Shown one piece after another: positions 1 through 9,983 of a DNA stretch of 64,000 nt. Source of the stretch: an uncultured Pseudomonadota bacterium (GTDB lineage Bacteria; Desulfobacterota; Desulfobulbia; Desulfobulbales; Desulfocapsaceae); NCBI GenBank assembly GCA_963776835.1, contig CAVZOB010000011.1, positions 46,651 through 110,650 of the forward strand, written 5' to 3'. The translations under genes were made by a program, and so were the position numbers. Position 1 is the first letter of the stretch; each line of letters starts with the position of its first letter. The notes beneath the pieces are model-generated. The model was not told the origin of the DNA, made no database searches, and was given only the letters and a program-made list of their open reading frames with translations.

Positions 1-216
1 ACATCTGATGCCGTCATGGCCTGGGCAGGGGAAAAATCCAATTACCGGGGAGGTGCCATTCAAACCTCTCATATTTCAGATATTGGTCATTATACCCAGA
101 TGGTCTGGCAGGATACCACGCGGATTGGCTGCGCCACCGCGGTGTGCAATAAATGGCTGATTGTGGTCTGTAATTATGATCCACGGGGCAATTATCTGGG
201 TCAGAGTCCCTATTAA
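1..216 (+). CDS. CAP/SCP/PR-1 superfamily protein, C-terminal fragment (5' end outside window)
   Basis: Frame-1 reading frame is open from base 1 to TAA at 214-216. The translation ...GHYTQMVWQDTTRIGCA...VVCNYDPRGNY is the conserved C-terminal core of CAP/SCP domains. Confidence 0.75.
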   Translation, partial: TSDAVMAWAGEKSNYRGGAIQTSHISDIGHYTQMVWQDTTRIGCATAVCNKWLIVVCNYDPRGNYLGQSPY

Positions 217-348
217 CAATCACAAAATCCCAATGAGTGTCACAGGTCAGGTAAGACAGGAGAATCATTCCTGTTACTCTGCCGGAAATGACTCTCCTGC
301 TTTCCCTCTTGACGCGGCTTCGAGCGGAAAAACCATCCAGCCGACATC

Positions 349-1598
349 ATGGAAGTTCCCTTGAGCTCGACCCCTGCCAACCCTCATATTCCCGCCGAAA
401 AGACCGCCTTTGTCATCCTCATTATGATCAGTGCCTGTCATCTGCTCAATGACATGATGCAGACCCTGTTGTCGGCGATCTATCCGCTGCTCCAGAACTC
501 GTATGGATTGAGCTTTTCCCAGATCGGCATGATCACCCTCACCTTTCAGGGCACGGCCTCGATCCTCCAGCCCATGGTCGGTTTCTATGTTGACCGCCAT
601 CCGCGGCCCTATTCCCTGGCCATGGGTATGGGGATGACTTTGGTGGGGTTGGTGCTCTTTTCCCAAGCGGGAAGTTATTCGATACTGTTGGTGGCGGCGG
701 CCCTGGTGGGGACCGGCTCCTCGATATTCCATCCGGAATCATCACGCGTGGCGCGTATGGCCTCGGGCGGCCGACATGGGCTGGCGCAGTCGATGTTTCA
801 GGTGGGGGGAATGCCGGATCGGCCATTGGCCCCCTGCTGGCCGCGCTCATTGTCCTCAGGCACGGCCAGACCAGCATTGCCTGGTTTTCCCTCGCGGCCC
901 TGCTGGGAATATATCTTTTGATCAAGGTTGGTCACTGGTACAAGGAGTATGGGTTGTTGCGGCTGAGACCACGTGTCAATGTGACTCTTCCCCAGGCACC
1001 ACCGCTGCCCCGCGGCAAGGTGGCGCTGACCTTGGCCCTGCTGCTGGTCCTGATCTTCTCCAAGTTTTTCTATATGGCCAGTATCTCCAGCTACTACATC
1101 TTTTATCTGATGGAGAGGTTTCAGCTGCCGGTGCGGAGCGCGCAGCTGCATCTCTTTATCTTCTTTGGCGCCGTGGCCGTGGGTACCATAGCCGGCGGGC
1201 CGCTCGGGGACCGTTTCGGCCGCAGGGTGGTGATCTGGGCCTCGATTCTGGGGGTGCTTCCCTTTACCCTGGCCCTGCCCCATGCCAATCTGTTCTGGAC
1301 CGGTGTGCTCAGTGTGCCCATCGGCATGATTCTTGCCTCGGCCTTCCCGGCAATTGTGGTCTATGCCCAGGAGCTCCTCCCCGCCAGGGTCGGCACGGTG
1401 GCCGGGATGTCTTTTGGCTTTGCCTTTGGCATGGCCGGGATCGGCGCCGCAGTCCTCGGCCATCTCGCGGATAGGACCAGCCTGACCTTTGTCTATCAGC
1501 TGTGTGCCTTTCTGCCGGCAATCGGTCTGCTGGCCATTTTCCTGCCCCATCTGGAAACGGAATCCAGACGGCGGAAGGGCCGGTCACCTGCTCAGTGA
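349..1598 (+). pseudogene. fsr: Fosmidomycin-resistance MFS transporter Fsr (one frameshift in this sequence)
   Basis: ORFs 349-921 (frame 1) and 918-1598 (frame 3) together match E. coli Fsr from memory (HLLNDMxQ, GTGSSxFHPESSRVARMASGGRHGLAQSxFQVGGN, FSKxFYMASISSYYxFYL). The frame switches at the G6 run 804-809. Confidence 0.85.
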
Positions 1599-1616
1599 TG
1601 GCTGCGGAAAGATACC

Positions 1617-2231
1617 ATGGGTAATTTCCCCATCATCGTCCTCGATTTTGAGACAACAGGGCTGTCGCCCCAGCGGGGAGACCGCGCCCTGGAGATCGGC
1701 GCCGTACTGATTGACAACAAGAGGATCATTGCTCGCTTTCAAAGCCTGATGAATCCGGGCATTCCTGTGAGCCCCTTTATCGAGAGCCTGACAGGAATTA
1801 CCACTGCGATGGTGGAGAAGGCCCCTGGCTGCGCTGAGGTCATGGCCGGATTTGCCGATTTCATGGGCCAGTACCCTCTGGTGGCCCATAATGCTCCCTT
1901 TGACTGCAGGTTTCTCGATACCGAGCTGGCCCGTATCGGCCGGAAAAGAACCAATGAAATGGTCTGCACCCTCCGGGTCGCCCGGCGAATCTATCCCCAT
2001 CTCTCCACTCATAAGTTGCAGGCCCTGGTCCGCTATAAGAAGCTGCGCACCGACGGCGTATTTCATCGGGCCGCGGCCGACGCCGAGATGACCGGTCATC
2101 TGTGGATGGCAATGACCGAGGATATCAAAAGGCTCTACGGGCTTTCCGAGCTCTCCCTGCTTTCCATCCAAAAGCTTCCTCGAATCTCCAGGTCCAGGGC
2201 TCAGGCATTCTTGGGGCTTGAACCGTTGTAA
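1617..2231 (+). CDS. DnaQ-like 3'-5' exonuclease (DNA polymerase III epsilon family)
   Basis: Exo motifs are LDFETTG, AHNAPFDCRFL and HRAAADAEMT. The ATG is 18 nt after the fsr stop. Confidence 0.85.
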   Translation: MGNFPIIVLDFETTGLSPQRGDRALEIGAVLIDNKRIIARFQSLMNPGIPVSPFIESLTGITTAMVEKAPGCAEVMAGFADFMGQYPLVAHNAPFDCRFLDTELARIGRKRTNEMVCTLRVARRIYPHLSTHKLQALVRYKKLRTDGVFHRAAADAEMTGHLWMAMTEDIKRLYGLSELSLLSIQKLPRISRSRAQAFLGLEPL

Positions 2232-2260
2232 AGCCTCATATCAAAAAGGGATGGTCAAAA

Positions 2261-2977
2261 ATGCGGCATAAATCACATAGAGCTAACAAGAAAAAGATTC
2301 TCTATTGGCAGCTTTCTCAGAGGAAGCAACGAGATGCTTTTATCAGCTTGCGGCAACAAATACGGGATAAATCTTCAGTATATGGTGGCCAATTTATCAG
2401 TCCCCATGTTCTCAATGAACCTGGCCGTCCTGCTTTATATAACCAATGGGCCGATGCGTACTTTCTTGGCAGTGATGGGCGAACTATCTGGAATGCCACC
2501 ATCGTCACGGCTGGTCGAGAATTTTGGGATATTGTCGAAGAGATGGCAGATTCACGAGCGCGGGAGATGCTAACCACTGAAGAACAATCAGCAGAGGTGG
2601 ATATTAAATTTGAGCCTATTTGGTCACATGGCCAGCGAATGTACCGCATGATTGAAAGGCCAAAATTGATCTACGAAAAATTTGGCGGGCTCACCCTTTA
2701 CGAATATCAAGACAAACTGGTCGAAAAAATCATTCTGCACGAACCGCCGGAAGTATTTGAATCCTTTACCATGGATCGCTCTTACCGCTATGGTATTGGG
2801 CTGAATATTATCATCAATGTTGATGAAATCAATCAGGCAAGCATAGAGGAAGCGATTCGTAGATTCCGCGAGACAGGGGAAACCAACTGGTCGGCGGCCC
2901 AGCCGGTTTTGCGAAATGAGCTTCCCATGGAGAGTGCCAATTCCGCATTCAGTAAAATACGGTGGGAGCCAAAATGA
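2261..2977 (+). CDS. Hypothetical protein (238 aa, no recognisable motif)
   Basis: Intact ORF with an AAGGGA-like RBS about 10 nt upstream. It lies in visibly AT-richer DNA at the edge of the island. Product unknown. Confidence 0.5.
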   Translation: MRHKSHRANKKKILYWQLSQRKQRDAFISLRQQIRDKSSVYGGQFISPHVLNEPGRPALYNQWADAYFLGSDGRTIWNATIVTAGREFWDIVEEMADSRAREMLTTEEQSAEVDIKFEPIWSHGQRMYRMIERPKLIYEKFGGLTLYEYQDKLVEKIILHEPPEVFESFTMDRSYRYGIGLNIIINVDEINQASIEEAIRRFRETGETNWSAAQPVLRNELPMESANSAFSKIRWEPK

Positions 2978-3152
2978 GGTTGGGAAATGATAGGTCACAT
3001 AGAATTGAGATGAGCAATAGATCATTTTTGGGCAGATCTTCACTCAATTATCTTTTGTCTATTTTGAAATATTTATGGTTATAATGAGTTATACATAGTT
3101 ATATCATGGATTAGATATAAGCCGATATAATTCTATAGAGGTGAGATCAATA

Positions 3153-4337
3153 ATGGACAAAATAAATAATCCCTTCTCCCCTGGGGCGGGTTCCCCGCCT
3201 CCGGAACTTGCTGGTCGTGATGAAGTATTGGAGCAAGCCCGTATATTATTGGGACGCATACGCGCCAAACGGCCAGAAAAGAGCTTGTTACTCACCGGTC
3301 TACGCGGGGTGGGGAAGACTGTTTTGTTGAATGAAATTGAGCGGATGGCTCAAGATACGCACTACCGCACGATTCTGGTCGAGGCACATGAGGGGAAATC
3401 CTTGGCAGTCTTGCTGGCCCCGCATCTCCGGCGTCTGCTGTTCAATATAGATCGGATCGCCGGGGCTGGTAACAAAGTGCGGCGCAGCTTTTCTGTACTT
3501 AAAAGTTTTGTGGGCGCAATTAAAATCACGGTTGGCGAGATTGATATTGGTCTGGACATTGAACCAGAGGCGGGTTCTGCTGATAGCGGAGATCTTGAGG
3601 TTGATCTTCCCAGTCTTTTTATGGCCGTGGGCGAGGCAGCTCAAGAACGAGGCGTGGCAATTGCTCTCCTGATTGACGAAATTCAATATTTCAGCACATC
3701 AGAACTCAGTGCCCTGATTATGGCCATGCACAAGATGCAGCAGCGACAGCTTCCTTTGGTTTTGATCGGTGCTGGTTTGCCAATTTTACCAGGTCTGGCA
3801 GGGGAATCGAAATCATACGCCGAGCGACTGTTCAGTTTCCCGGAGGTCGGCCCATTACCGGAGCCAGATGCTATCAAGGCCCTCCAGGAACCGGTAATGA
3901 TGGCTGGAAAATCGTTTGAGCCGGCCGCATTACGAGAGATTTTTCGGCTGACACGGGGGTATCCGTATTTCCTCCAGGAATGGGGTTACCAGGCATGGAA
4001 TCACGCTGCTGCTTCGCCGATCACTTTGCAAGTGGTTCAGGAGGCAAGCGATTTGGTCTCCAGGCGATTGGACGAGAATTTCTTCCGTGTTCGGTTTGAC
4101 CGCTTGACCCCACGAGAAAAAAAGTTTCTCCGGGCCATGGCTGAACTGGGAGCAGGCCCATATCGTACAGGCGATGTTGCCGACAAGCTGAAGGTAAAGA
4201 TCAGCACAATTGGGCCGTTGCGTGCCGGTTTGATTAAAAAAGGGATGATATATAGTCCATCCTATGGCGATATGGCTTTCACTGTTCCATTGTTTGATGA
4301 GTTCATGCGGCGCGCGATCTCTACATTGGAGGGATGA
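3153..4337 (+). CDS. AAA+ ATPase (Orc1/Cdc6-like or archaeal-type ATPase) with probable C-terminal winged helix
   Basis: Walker A is GLRGVGKT and Walker B is LLIDEIQY. The N-terminal FSPG...ELAGRDEVL lead-in is typical of this ATPase class. ATG 3153 is preceded by AGAGGTGA; the track ORF starts at GTG 3141. Confidence 0.7.
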   Translation: MDKINNPFSPGAGSPPPELAGRDEVLEQARILLGRIRAKRPEKSLLLTGLRGVGKTVLLNEIERMAQDTHYRTILVEAHEGKSLAVLLAPHLRRLLFNIDRIAGAGNKVRRSFSVLKSFVGAIKITVGEIDIGLDIEPEAGSADSGDLEVDLPSLFMAVGEAAQERGVAIALLIDEIQYFSTSELSALIMAMHKMQQRQLPLVLIGAGLPILPGLAGESKSYAERLFSFPEVGPLPEPDAIKALQEPVMMAGKSFEPAALREIFRLTRGYPYFLQEWGYQAWNHAAASPITLQVVQEASDLVSRRLDENFFRVRFDRLTPREKKFLRAMAELGAGPYRTGDVADKLKVKISTIGPLRAGLIKKGMIYSPSYGDMAFTVPLFDEFMRRAISTLEG

Positions 4338-4676
4338 TAATGACTATGATAGTGAGGATCGTGTCGTATATTGAATAGTCCTTAGCAACTTGATGTTTGG
4401 GGTCATTATCTCCTTTTTAGTTTGCTAAGATATTTTGGAAGTACGATGACTTTGGCCGTTGCGAAGGTGCTCAGGAAAGAAGCTTTAATTTGCATTTTTC
4501 TTTATGAGGTTAACATTGCCACTGGCATCTTTTTAATTCTTCGCCTGAAATTCCTAGTAAAAATATTTCACCTGTGATTGAATAAATTAAACCTGTTAGA
4601 TACTCTGTTCGAGGTCAAGCGATTTTTTTGTGTTTTTTTGTTATTTTAATGTGTCAATATGCAGCACCGTGCGTAG

Positions 4677-4842
4677 CATGGAGAGGGAAAGTAATCAAGG
4701 CCAAGCCCCTTCGGGGTTCTCGCTGAAAAGCGCTCGCAGCCTTGACTACTTTCCCCCACCATACTTGACCTGAGGGTGGTGAAGGCGATGGGGCGCCATG
4801 CCTCCGGCGTGGCTCAGGTTCAAGGGCTGTTACTCTCTGATG
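4677..4842. ncRNA. Candidate structured non-coding element (GC-rich multi-helix fold), strand unresolved
   Basis: Closing helix is 4677-4685/4833-4842. A 16-bp helix 4686-4701/4739-4754 encloses ccccTTCGgggg and cgctGAAAagcg hairpins. Further helices are 4756-4760/4775-4779 and 4784-4791/4796-4802. The flanks are AT-rich. It lies 60 nt 3' of the IS110 recombinase stop. Confidence 0.4.
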
Positions 4843-6135
4843 ATTTTGCAAACCTTTCATCTTTGTCATTCATAACAATATAGAATCACAGCTTATCTTG
4901 CTCATGCTGGTAAGGCATAAAACCGAGAGCCGTCAAACGGTTGGTTGTTTTTCAACATGCCGTGGATGGCATGAAGCATTTTTCGCATGATCGCACAGAT
5001 TACCTGTAATGGTTTCTTGCCCTTATCTGTAAGGTGTTGAGCATAGGCCTTAATGTGTCGATCGTGCTGCTTGGCACTCAAGGCCGGCATATAAAGTGCT
5101 GCCCGAAGACGGCCATTTCCCGCTTTGGCCAGCCGTGCTTGCTTGTGAACGCTTTTGCCGGACTCGAAAATACGTGGATCAAGTCCTGCTGATTTCACCC
5201 ATTGTTTGGGGGTCAGTCCTGGCGGCAGAAGCAGAATTTCCCCAATAAGGGCGATGCCGCTGGTTTCCGCGATGCCCGTACAGGTCAGCAATAGGTTGAA
5301 TATGTGTTTGATCTCAGGGTATTTGTCAATCATGCCCAAGGCGCTTTTAGTTAAGTTGTCAATCCGTTGTTCTAACTGGCTGATGGCCAGACGAGCATCA
5401 TCCAGCACAGCTTCTGAGTTTTCCCCTGAAGCCTTTAAAGCGTGCAGGTGATTTTTGGAAGCAGCTTTTTGACGAGTAAGCGTGTTAATACGGCGAGATA
5501 AGCTGCGCGTGGCAACTTTTTCCTTGGACGGGCGTATCCAGGCGACAAAATCCATTCTCTCGGCGTATATGGCCAGCGTGTCGGCATCAATAGCATCCGA
5601 CTTGCTATTTTTCATCAATACTTTCGCAAAGTTGCGCGAAGACTTGGGGTTGACCACCATCAGCTTTATACCAGCATCGTGGATGGCGACAGACAGATCA
5701 AAAGAATAGACGCCTGTCGCCTCCAGGCATACGGTAACTTCTCCTAATGAGAGGAGTTTTTTTACCAATCGAGCATGATCCGCTGAGTTGTTGGCGAACG
5801 TCCGGGCCTTGTCAGAGACACCATCTCTACGAATGACAAGAACCAGCTCCTCGGAGCCAACATCAATTCCTGCAAAAATTTGTTTGATGCTTTGCGCTTG
5901 GTGTTTAATCTGAGTGCTCATGCTGTTTGTCCTTGAGGTTAAATGATAATAAAGTAAACTATTCACTGGTTCCCCGACCCTGCACATGCGCCTATCGACC
6001 TTGTGTATGCAGGCTCTAAGCCTCAGATACTCCGCGATATTGGCGAATAGGGCGGGGGGCCAATCTACAAAACAGGCTCTGGTTAAAAACCAGTCCTCAG
6101 GGTGCGACGACCTCCCACAGTGAACCCTAAATTTC
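4843..6135 (-). mobile_element. IS110-family insertion sequence (boundaries approximate; may also include 4677-4842)
   Basis: Contains the intact IS110-type recombinase gene plus about 210 nt of GC-rich 5' leader. No terminal inverted repeats were found, which is usual for IS110 proper. Confidence 0.55.
4902..5921 (-). CDS. IS110-family DEDD recombinase/transposase
   Basis: 339 aa. N-terminal motifs are GIDVGSE and CLEATGVY. C-terminal motifs are GIAETSGIALIGEI and AGLDPRIFESGKS, matching the DEDD_Tnp_IS110 plus Transposase_20 architecture. ATG 5921 is preceded by AAGGA. Confidence 0.9.
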   Translation of the reverse strand: MSTQIKHQAQSIKQIFAGIDVGSEELVLVIRRDGVSDKARTFANNSADHARLVKKLLSLGEVTVCLEATGVYSFDLSVAIHDAGIKLMVVNPKSSRNFAKVLMKNSKSDAIDADTLAIYAERMDFVAWIRPSKEKVATRSLSRRINTLTRQKAASKNHLHALKASGENSEAVLDDARLAISQLEQRIDNLTKSALGMIDKYPEIKHIFNLLLTCTGIAETSGIALIGEILLLPPGLTPKQWVKSAGLDPRIFESGKSVHKQARLAKAGNGRLRAALYMPALSAKQHDRHIKAYAQHLTDKGKKPLQVICAIMRKMLHAIHGMLKNNQPFDGSRFYALPA

Positions 6136-6259
6136 CTAAATTTTACTTAACCTCATTCTGAACATTTTGTTGTATTTGTTTGTCGTTTGATCATACAAGG
6201 GTGCGCATTTAACGGGCGTCAGGGATTGACAGCCCCCACTGAAAAGGGAAGGAACCAAA

Positions 6260-6451
6260 ATGATGAACTTCGGATACAGCGGCGTCTTGGGCCTCCTGAT
6301 ACTGATCGGAGATATCTGGGCAATTATCAATATTTTCCAAAGCTCTGCTTCGAACGAGAAGAAGCTGATTTGGATAATCGCAGTGGTGCTGCTGCCCGTG
6401 CTGGGCTTGATCCTCTGGTTCTTCCTTGGACCGCGTAATCGAGGAGCGTAG
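6260..6451 (+). CDS. PLDc_N domain small membrane protein
   Basis: 63 aa with two TM helices and the signature GDIWAIINI...KLIWIIAVVLLPVLGLILWFFLG. A GGAAGGAA RBS lies upstream. Confidence 0.8.
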   Translation: MMNFGYSGVLGLLILIGDIWAIINIFQSSASNEKKLIWIIAVVLLPVLGLILWFFLGPRNRGA

Positions 6452-6552
6452 CGTGCCAAGTTCACTTGGCTGAAAGGCGTCCTGTCGAGAGCCTCAAGTG
6501 AGTCTGTACTGGAAAACGAGCATGCCATCGCGCGCTCAAAGGAGGTAGATTC

Positions 6553-7005
6553 GTGAAATATCGCATTACTGTGCAAGCACTATTATTGATTTGCATATTG
6601 TTTACTCTGCCTGCTCTCTCGGATGCTGAAGAAAACCGAAAAGATGGTAATTGGTGGCGCGCACAGGACAGTTTCACGCATTCCGCGTACGTGGTCGGAT
6701 TCTTTGATGGAATGGATTTGGGCCACAATCTCTCATACTTGGCTTTCGTCGAAGATAAAAGGGGCAATGATTGCATGGGCAAAGCAATTGAATCATATGC
6801 CGACTATAGCTCGAAGTATTTCAAGAATGTGACAAACGTGCAGATCGTGGACGGTCTTGATTCCTTTTATACTAACTTTCGCAATCGTTACACTAGGGTA
6901 GCTGATGCCGTCTGGTTAGTTGTCAATCGCATTGCAGAAAGTGGCCCCGGAAATAATTTGAACAAGCCGTTAAGTGGAAAATCTGCTACAAATAATGCCT
7001 TCTAA
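6553..7005 (+). CDS. Hypothetical secreted protein
   Basis: GTG start preceded by AAAGGAGG. There is an N-terminal signal-peptide-like segment (ALLLICILFTLPALSDA). No family recognised. Confidence 0.55.
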   Translation: MKYRITVQALLLICILFTLPALSDAEENRKDGNWWRAQDSFTHSAYVVGFFDGMDLGHNLSYLAFVEDKRGNDCMGKAIESYADYSSKYFKNVTNVQIVDGLDSFYTNFRNRYTRVADAVWLVVNRIAESGPGNNLNKPLSGKSATNNAF

Positions 7006-7270
7006 TGGGCTAAATTATGGAGCAGAAAATGGCGAAATGCACGAGACGGAAACATTCATCAGCATTCAAGGCGAAAGTGGCGCGGTATTCGTGCATGTGA
7101 TTGCAGTCGTTAATATTGCCACATCTAATGTCTTACTATTTCAAATGACTTCTCGGTTAACCTTACTTATAGCTGTTCCAAAGAGAGAAAAATATAAAAT
7201 GATTACATTGTGATTTAAGAGAATGCGCCTCTCCCCGTTACGAATGAGCTTACTTAACGTTGAACGTTTT

Positions 7271-8715
7271 ACAGTAGACTTTCGGGCGGGTGAGAGTGAG
7301 CTGGTTCAAACGAATACTCAGAAGACGATCATTCAAATTGTCTTGCTATAAGGACCTCGACAAACCAGCGCTGCGTATATCTTGAAACCTGTAATCAAAA
7401 TATCTTCAATTGGGGAGCTACTATGAAGAACAAAGCAACTTCATATTCGCAGCATTTGTTGGGGTCGACTGGGCTGATAAAAAACATGATGTAAGTATCT
7501 CTTCTGTGATGGAGGCAAGCCGGTTCATCAAGTAATAACCCATACCCCTGAAGCGTTAAATGAATGGCTGCTTACCTTACGCCAACAGTATCCTGATGGA
7601 CAAATTGCGGCCTGTGCCTTGAACAATCAAGGGGTGCGCTGATCTTTCACCTGCTTGGGTATGATTTTTTAACCCTCTTTCCTGTGAACCCTAAAAATCT
7701 TGCTCGTTTTCGCGAGGCGTTTACGGGTAGTGGTGCAAAGGGAGATCCGTCTGATGCCGATTACCTGAGAGAACTTGTGGCTGTTCATTATGAAAGATTA
7801 CGCCCTTGGGAGCCTGATGACGAACAAACCCGGACAATATCTTTTCTTGCCCAGGGACGTCGTCAAGTAGTGGGTGAGCGAACAAGGCTGACGAATCGAC
7901 TCCTTTCCACCCTTAAGATGTATTTCCCACAGGCTATAATGCTTGCAGGGGGAACACTTTATAAAACAATGGCCTTGGATTTTCTCAGTAAATGGCCACA
8001 ACTAAGCGATGTGCAACGAGCAAAAGATAAAACAATTCAACTTTTTTACTCTACACATAATTCGCGATCAGCAGCGCGAATCAAGGAACGTCAGGAACTT
8101 ATTCGTTCAACAATACCACTTACCTCTGATCAAGCTGTTATAAAGAGTTGTCTCATTATTGTAAAGATGCTCATTGGTCAGACTTAGTGAGCTTAATAGT
8201 GCAATTGATGAATTTGATGTGGCGCTCAGGGAGCTCTACAACGACCATGAAGATAAAAGTATCTTTGACACTTTCCCTGGCTCAGGCGAGGCTTTGGGGC
8301 CGCGTCTCCTTTGTTCTTGGGGTACTGATCGTAACCGCTATGATTCCGCAGACAGCATGCAACAATATTTAGGCATAGCGCCTGTGACAAAGGCCAGCGG
8401 TCAATCAAAAAAGGTCATACGCCGACTTGCCTGTCCGAAATTTTTACTACAAACTTTTCATGAGTTTGCAAATTCCTCACGCAGGTCATCAATATGGGCT
8501 CAAGCATATTATGAAATGCTACGAGAACGAGGAAAGTCCCATCATACAGCCATTCGAGCTCTTGCTTTTAAGTGGATCAGAATCATGTACTGCTGTTGGA
8601 AGAACAGGACTCCCTATGATGAGATTAAATACATACAAACATTAAAGAGAACAAATTCTCCTTTGTTGGGATTTGTTTAAACTATTATTGACGGAACAAC
8701 TCAGAAGTCTACTGT
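7271..8715 (+). mobile_element. Decayed IS110-family element with 11-bp terminal inverted repeats
   Basis: ACAGTAGACTT at 7271-7281 has its exact reverse complement at 8705-8715. These bracket the frameshifted recombinase gene. Confidence 0.65.
7423..8680 (+). pseudogene. IS110-family recombinase, multiple frameshifts
   Basis: Fragments in three frames carry VDWADKKHDV, FPVNPKNLARFREAF...GDPSDADYL (7684-8187) and PGSGEALGPRLL...LGIAPVTKASGQS (8174-8680). The N-terminal 260 nt are broken by stops. Confidence 0.8.
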
Positions 8716-8801
8716 TATACGTAATAAAATAACGATCGAGCTTATGGTATAATAAGGTCATCAACATCCTGTTTTTTCTATAAAAGAAGAAGGGGGACAG
8801 C

Positions 8802-9983
8802 ATGACCATACAAAATAGTATATTCGAGAGTTATTATTCCACCGATTGGAGTGACCCCACCCAATCGTCTCAATCCTATCTCATTTTATCACTCCAACAT
8901 CCTGCCAGGCAAAATACCGGGTTGATGGATAAGTTATTCCTTCCCTCTGCCGGAGCGTTGTACGTCTATCGTCCCAGCAAACGGCGTCGTGTTCTTAATC
9001 GGGTTATAGACAAACTGGAGCACAGTAATCTTCCCGGCTATGAATACGTCATTGCTCATTTGTACGACAAGTATCGTCGTAATCTTACGATCAGTACCCT
9101 TGGTCAAACCGGTCAAACCCTGAGCGGTTTTCTGACTTTTTTGCAAGAAACAGGAAGGTCGGGCATAGAGGAAATCAGCCGTAAGGCTATTGCTGATTAC
9201 ATCGACCATGAGCAGGAGAGAGGGCTGAAGATTAACTCTGTCAGGAACCACCTGCAGACACTATATGCTTTTATTCAGTACCTGATTGATAAGGATATTC
9301 TTCCCCTGGAACTCCTCCGTAAAAAGATCAGAGTCAAGTTGCCTGAAGTGTTGCCAAGGGCCATCCCCACGGAAGATCTGAGGGAAATTCTTGCTGTAAT
9401 CACATCTGTGCGAGATCGTGCCCTTATCCTGCTGTTACTCCATACCGGCATGCGTATTGGAGAGCTTCTGCAGGTAAAAATGACTGATATTATTCTGCCA
9501 GAACGAAAGATCCTGTTATTTATCGGAGAGAAGAATCTCCATGGTCGGGTTGTTTATTACAATCAAGAAGCGGAAGAAGCATTGAAGAAGTGGCTTGGTG
9601 TCAGAGACAGGAATAGTGAGTATCTGTTTTACGGGAACAGAGGTCGGGATCTCTCCTATGTGGGTGCATGGATGATAATGAAGAAGGCTACTCAGCAGGC
9701 AGGGCTAGAGCAAAAAGGGTACAGCCTCCATTCACTGCGACACACGTTCGCCACCAATATGCTCAACGCGGGATTACGTCTGGAGGTACTGCAAAAGCTT
9801 CTGGGACACCTTGATATCGATATCACCCTTCGATATGCAAAGATCGCAGATGGTACACGGGAAGAGGCATATTTCAAAGCAATGGCAGTCATCGAGAAAG
9901 GAGAAGATCATGAATATGACCGAGTCAATCCTGAACTACAGGCAGTATTTGAAGAGAAAAAATTACTCGGAGTTGACGGTTAA
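8802..9983 (+). CDS. Tyrosine recombinase/integrase (A subunit of pair)
   Basis: 393 aa with motifs RDRALILLLLHTGMRIGEL, HSLRHTFAT and LLGH...TLRY. An AAGGGGGA RBS is present. Confidence 0.9.
   Translation: MTIQNSIFESYYSTDWSDPTQSSQSYLILSLQHPARQNTGLMDKLFLPSAGALYVYRPSKRRRVLNRVIDKLEHSNLPGYEYVIAHLYDKYRRNLTISTLGQTGQTLSGFLTFLQETGRSGIEEISRKAIADYIDHEQERGLKINSVRNHLQTLYAFIQYLIDKDILPLELLRKKIRVKLPEVLPRAIPTEDLREILAVITSVRDRALILLLLHTGMRIGELLQVKMTDIILPERKILLFIGEKNLHGRVVYYNQEAEEALKKWLGVRDRNSEYLFYGNRGRDLSYVGAWMIMKKATQQAGLEQKGYSLHSLRHTFATNMLNAGLRLEVLQKLLGHLDIDITLRYAKIADGTREEAYFKAMAVIEKGEDHEYDRVNPELQAVFEEKKLLGVDG

Noticed and set aside
4654-4869. 71-aa ORF on the minus strand. Also the 5'-GTGCG at 4669-4673, which resembles a group II intron 5' end.
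   Set aside because: The ORF coincides with a stem-loop-dense GC-rich block, has no RBS, and gives an Arg/Pro/Gly-rich translation. For the intron idea, I see no domain V-like sequence, no reverse transcriptase ORF and no 3' boundary anywhere nearby.
6120-6131. Exact 12-mer GTGAACCCTAAA shared between the edge of the first IS110 (6120-6131) and the coding region of the second (7684-7695).
   Set aside because: In a 64-kb window, on the order of a hundred chance 12-mer matches are expected. The contexts do not extend the match, so it is not evidence for a shared target or end.
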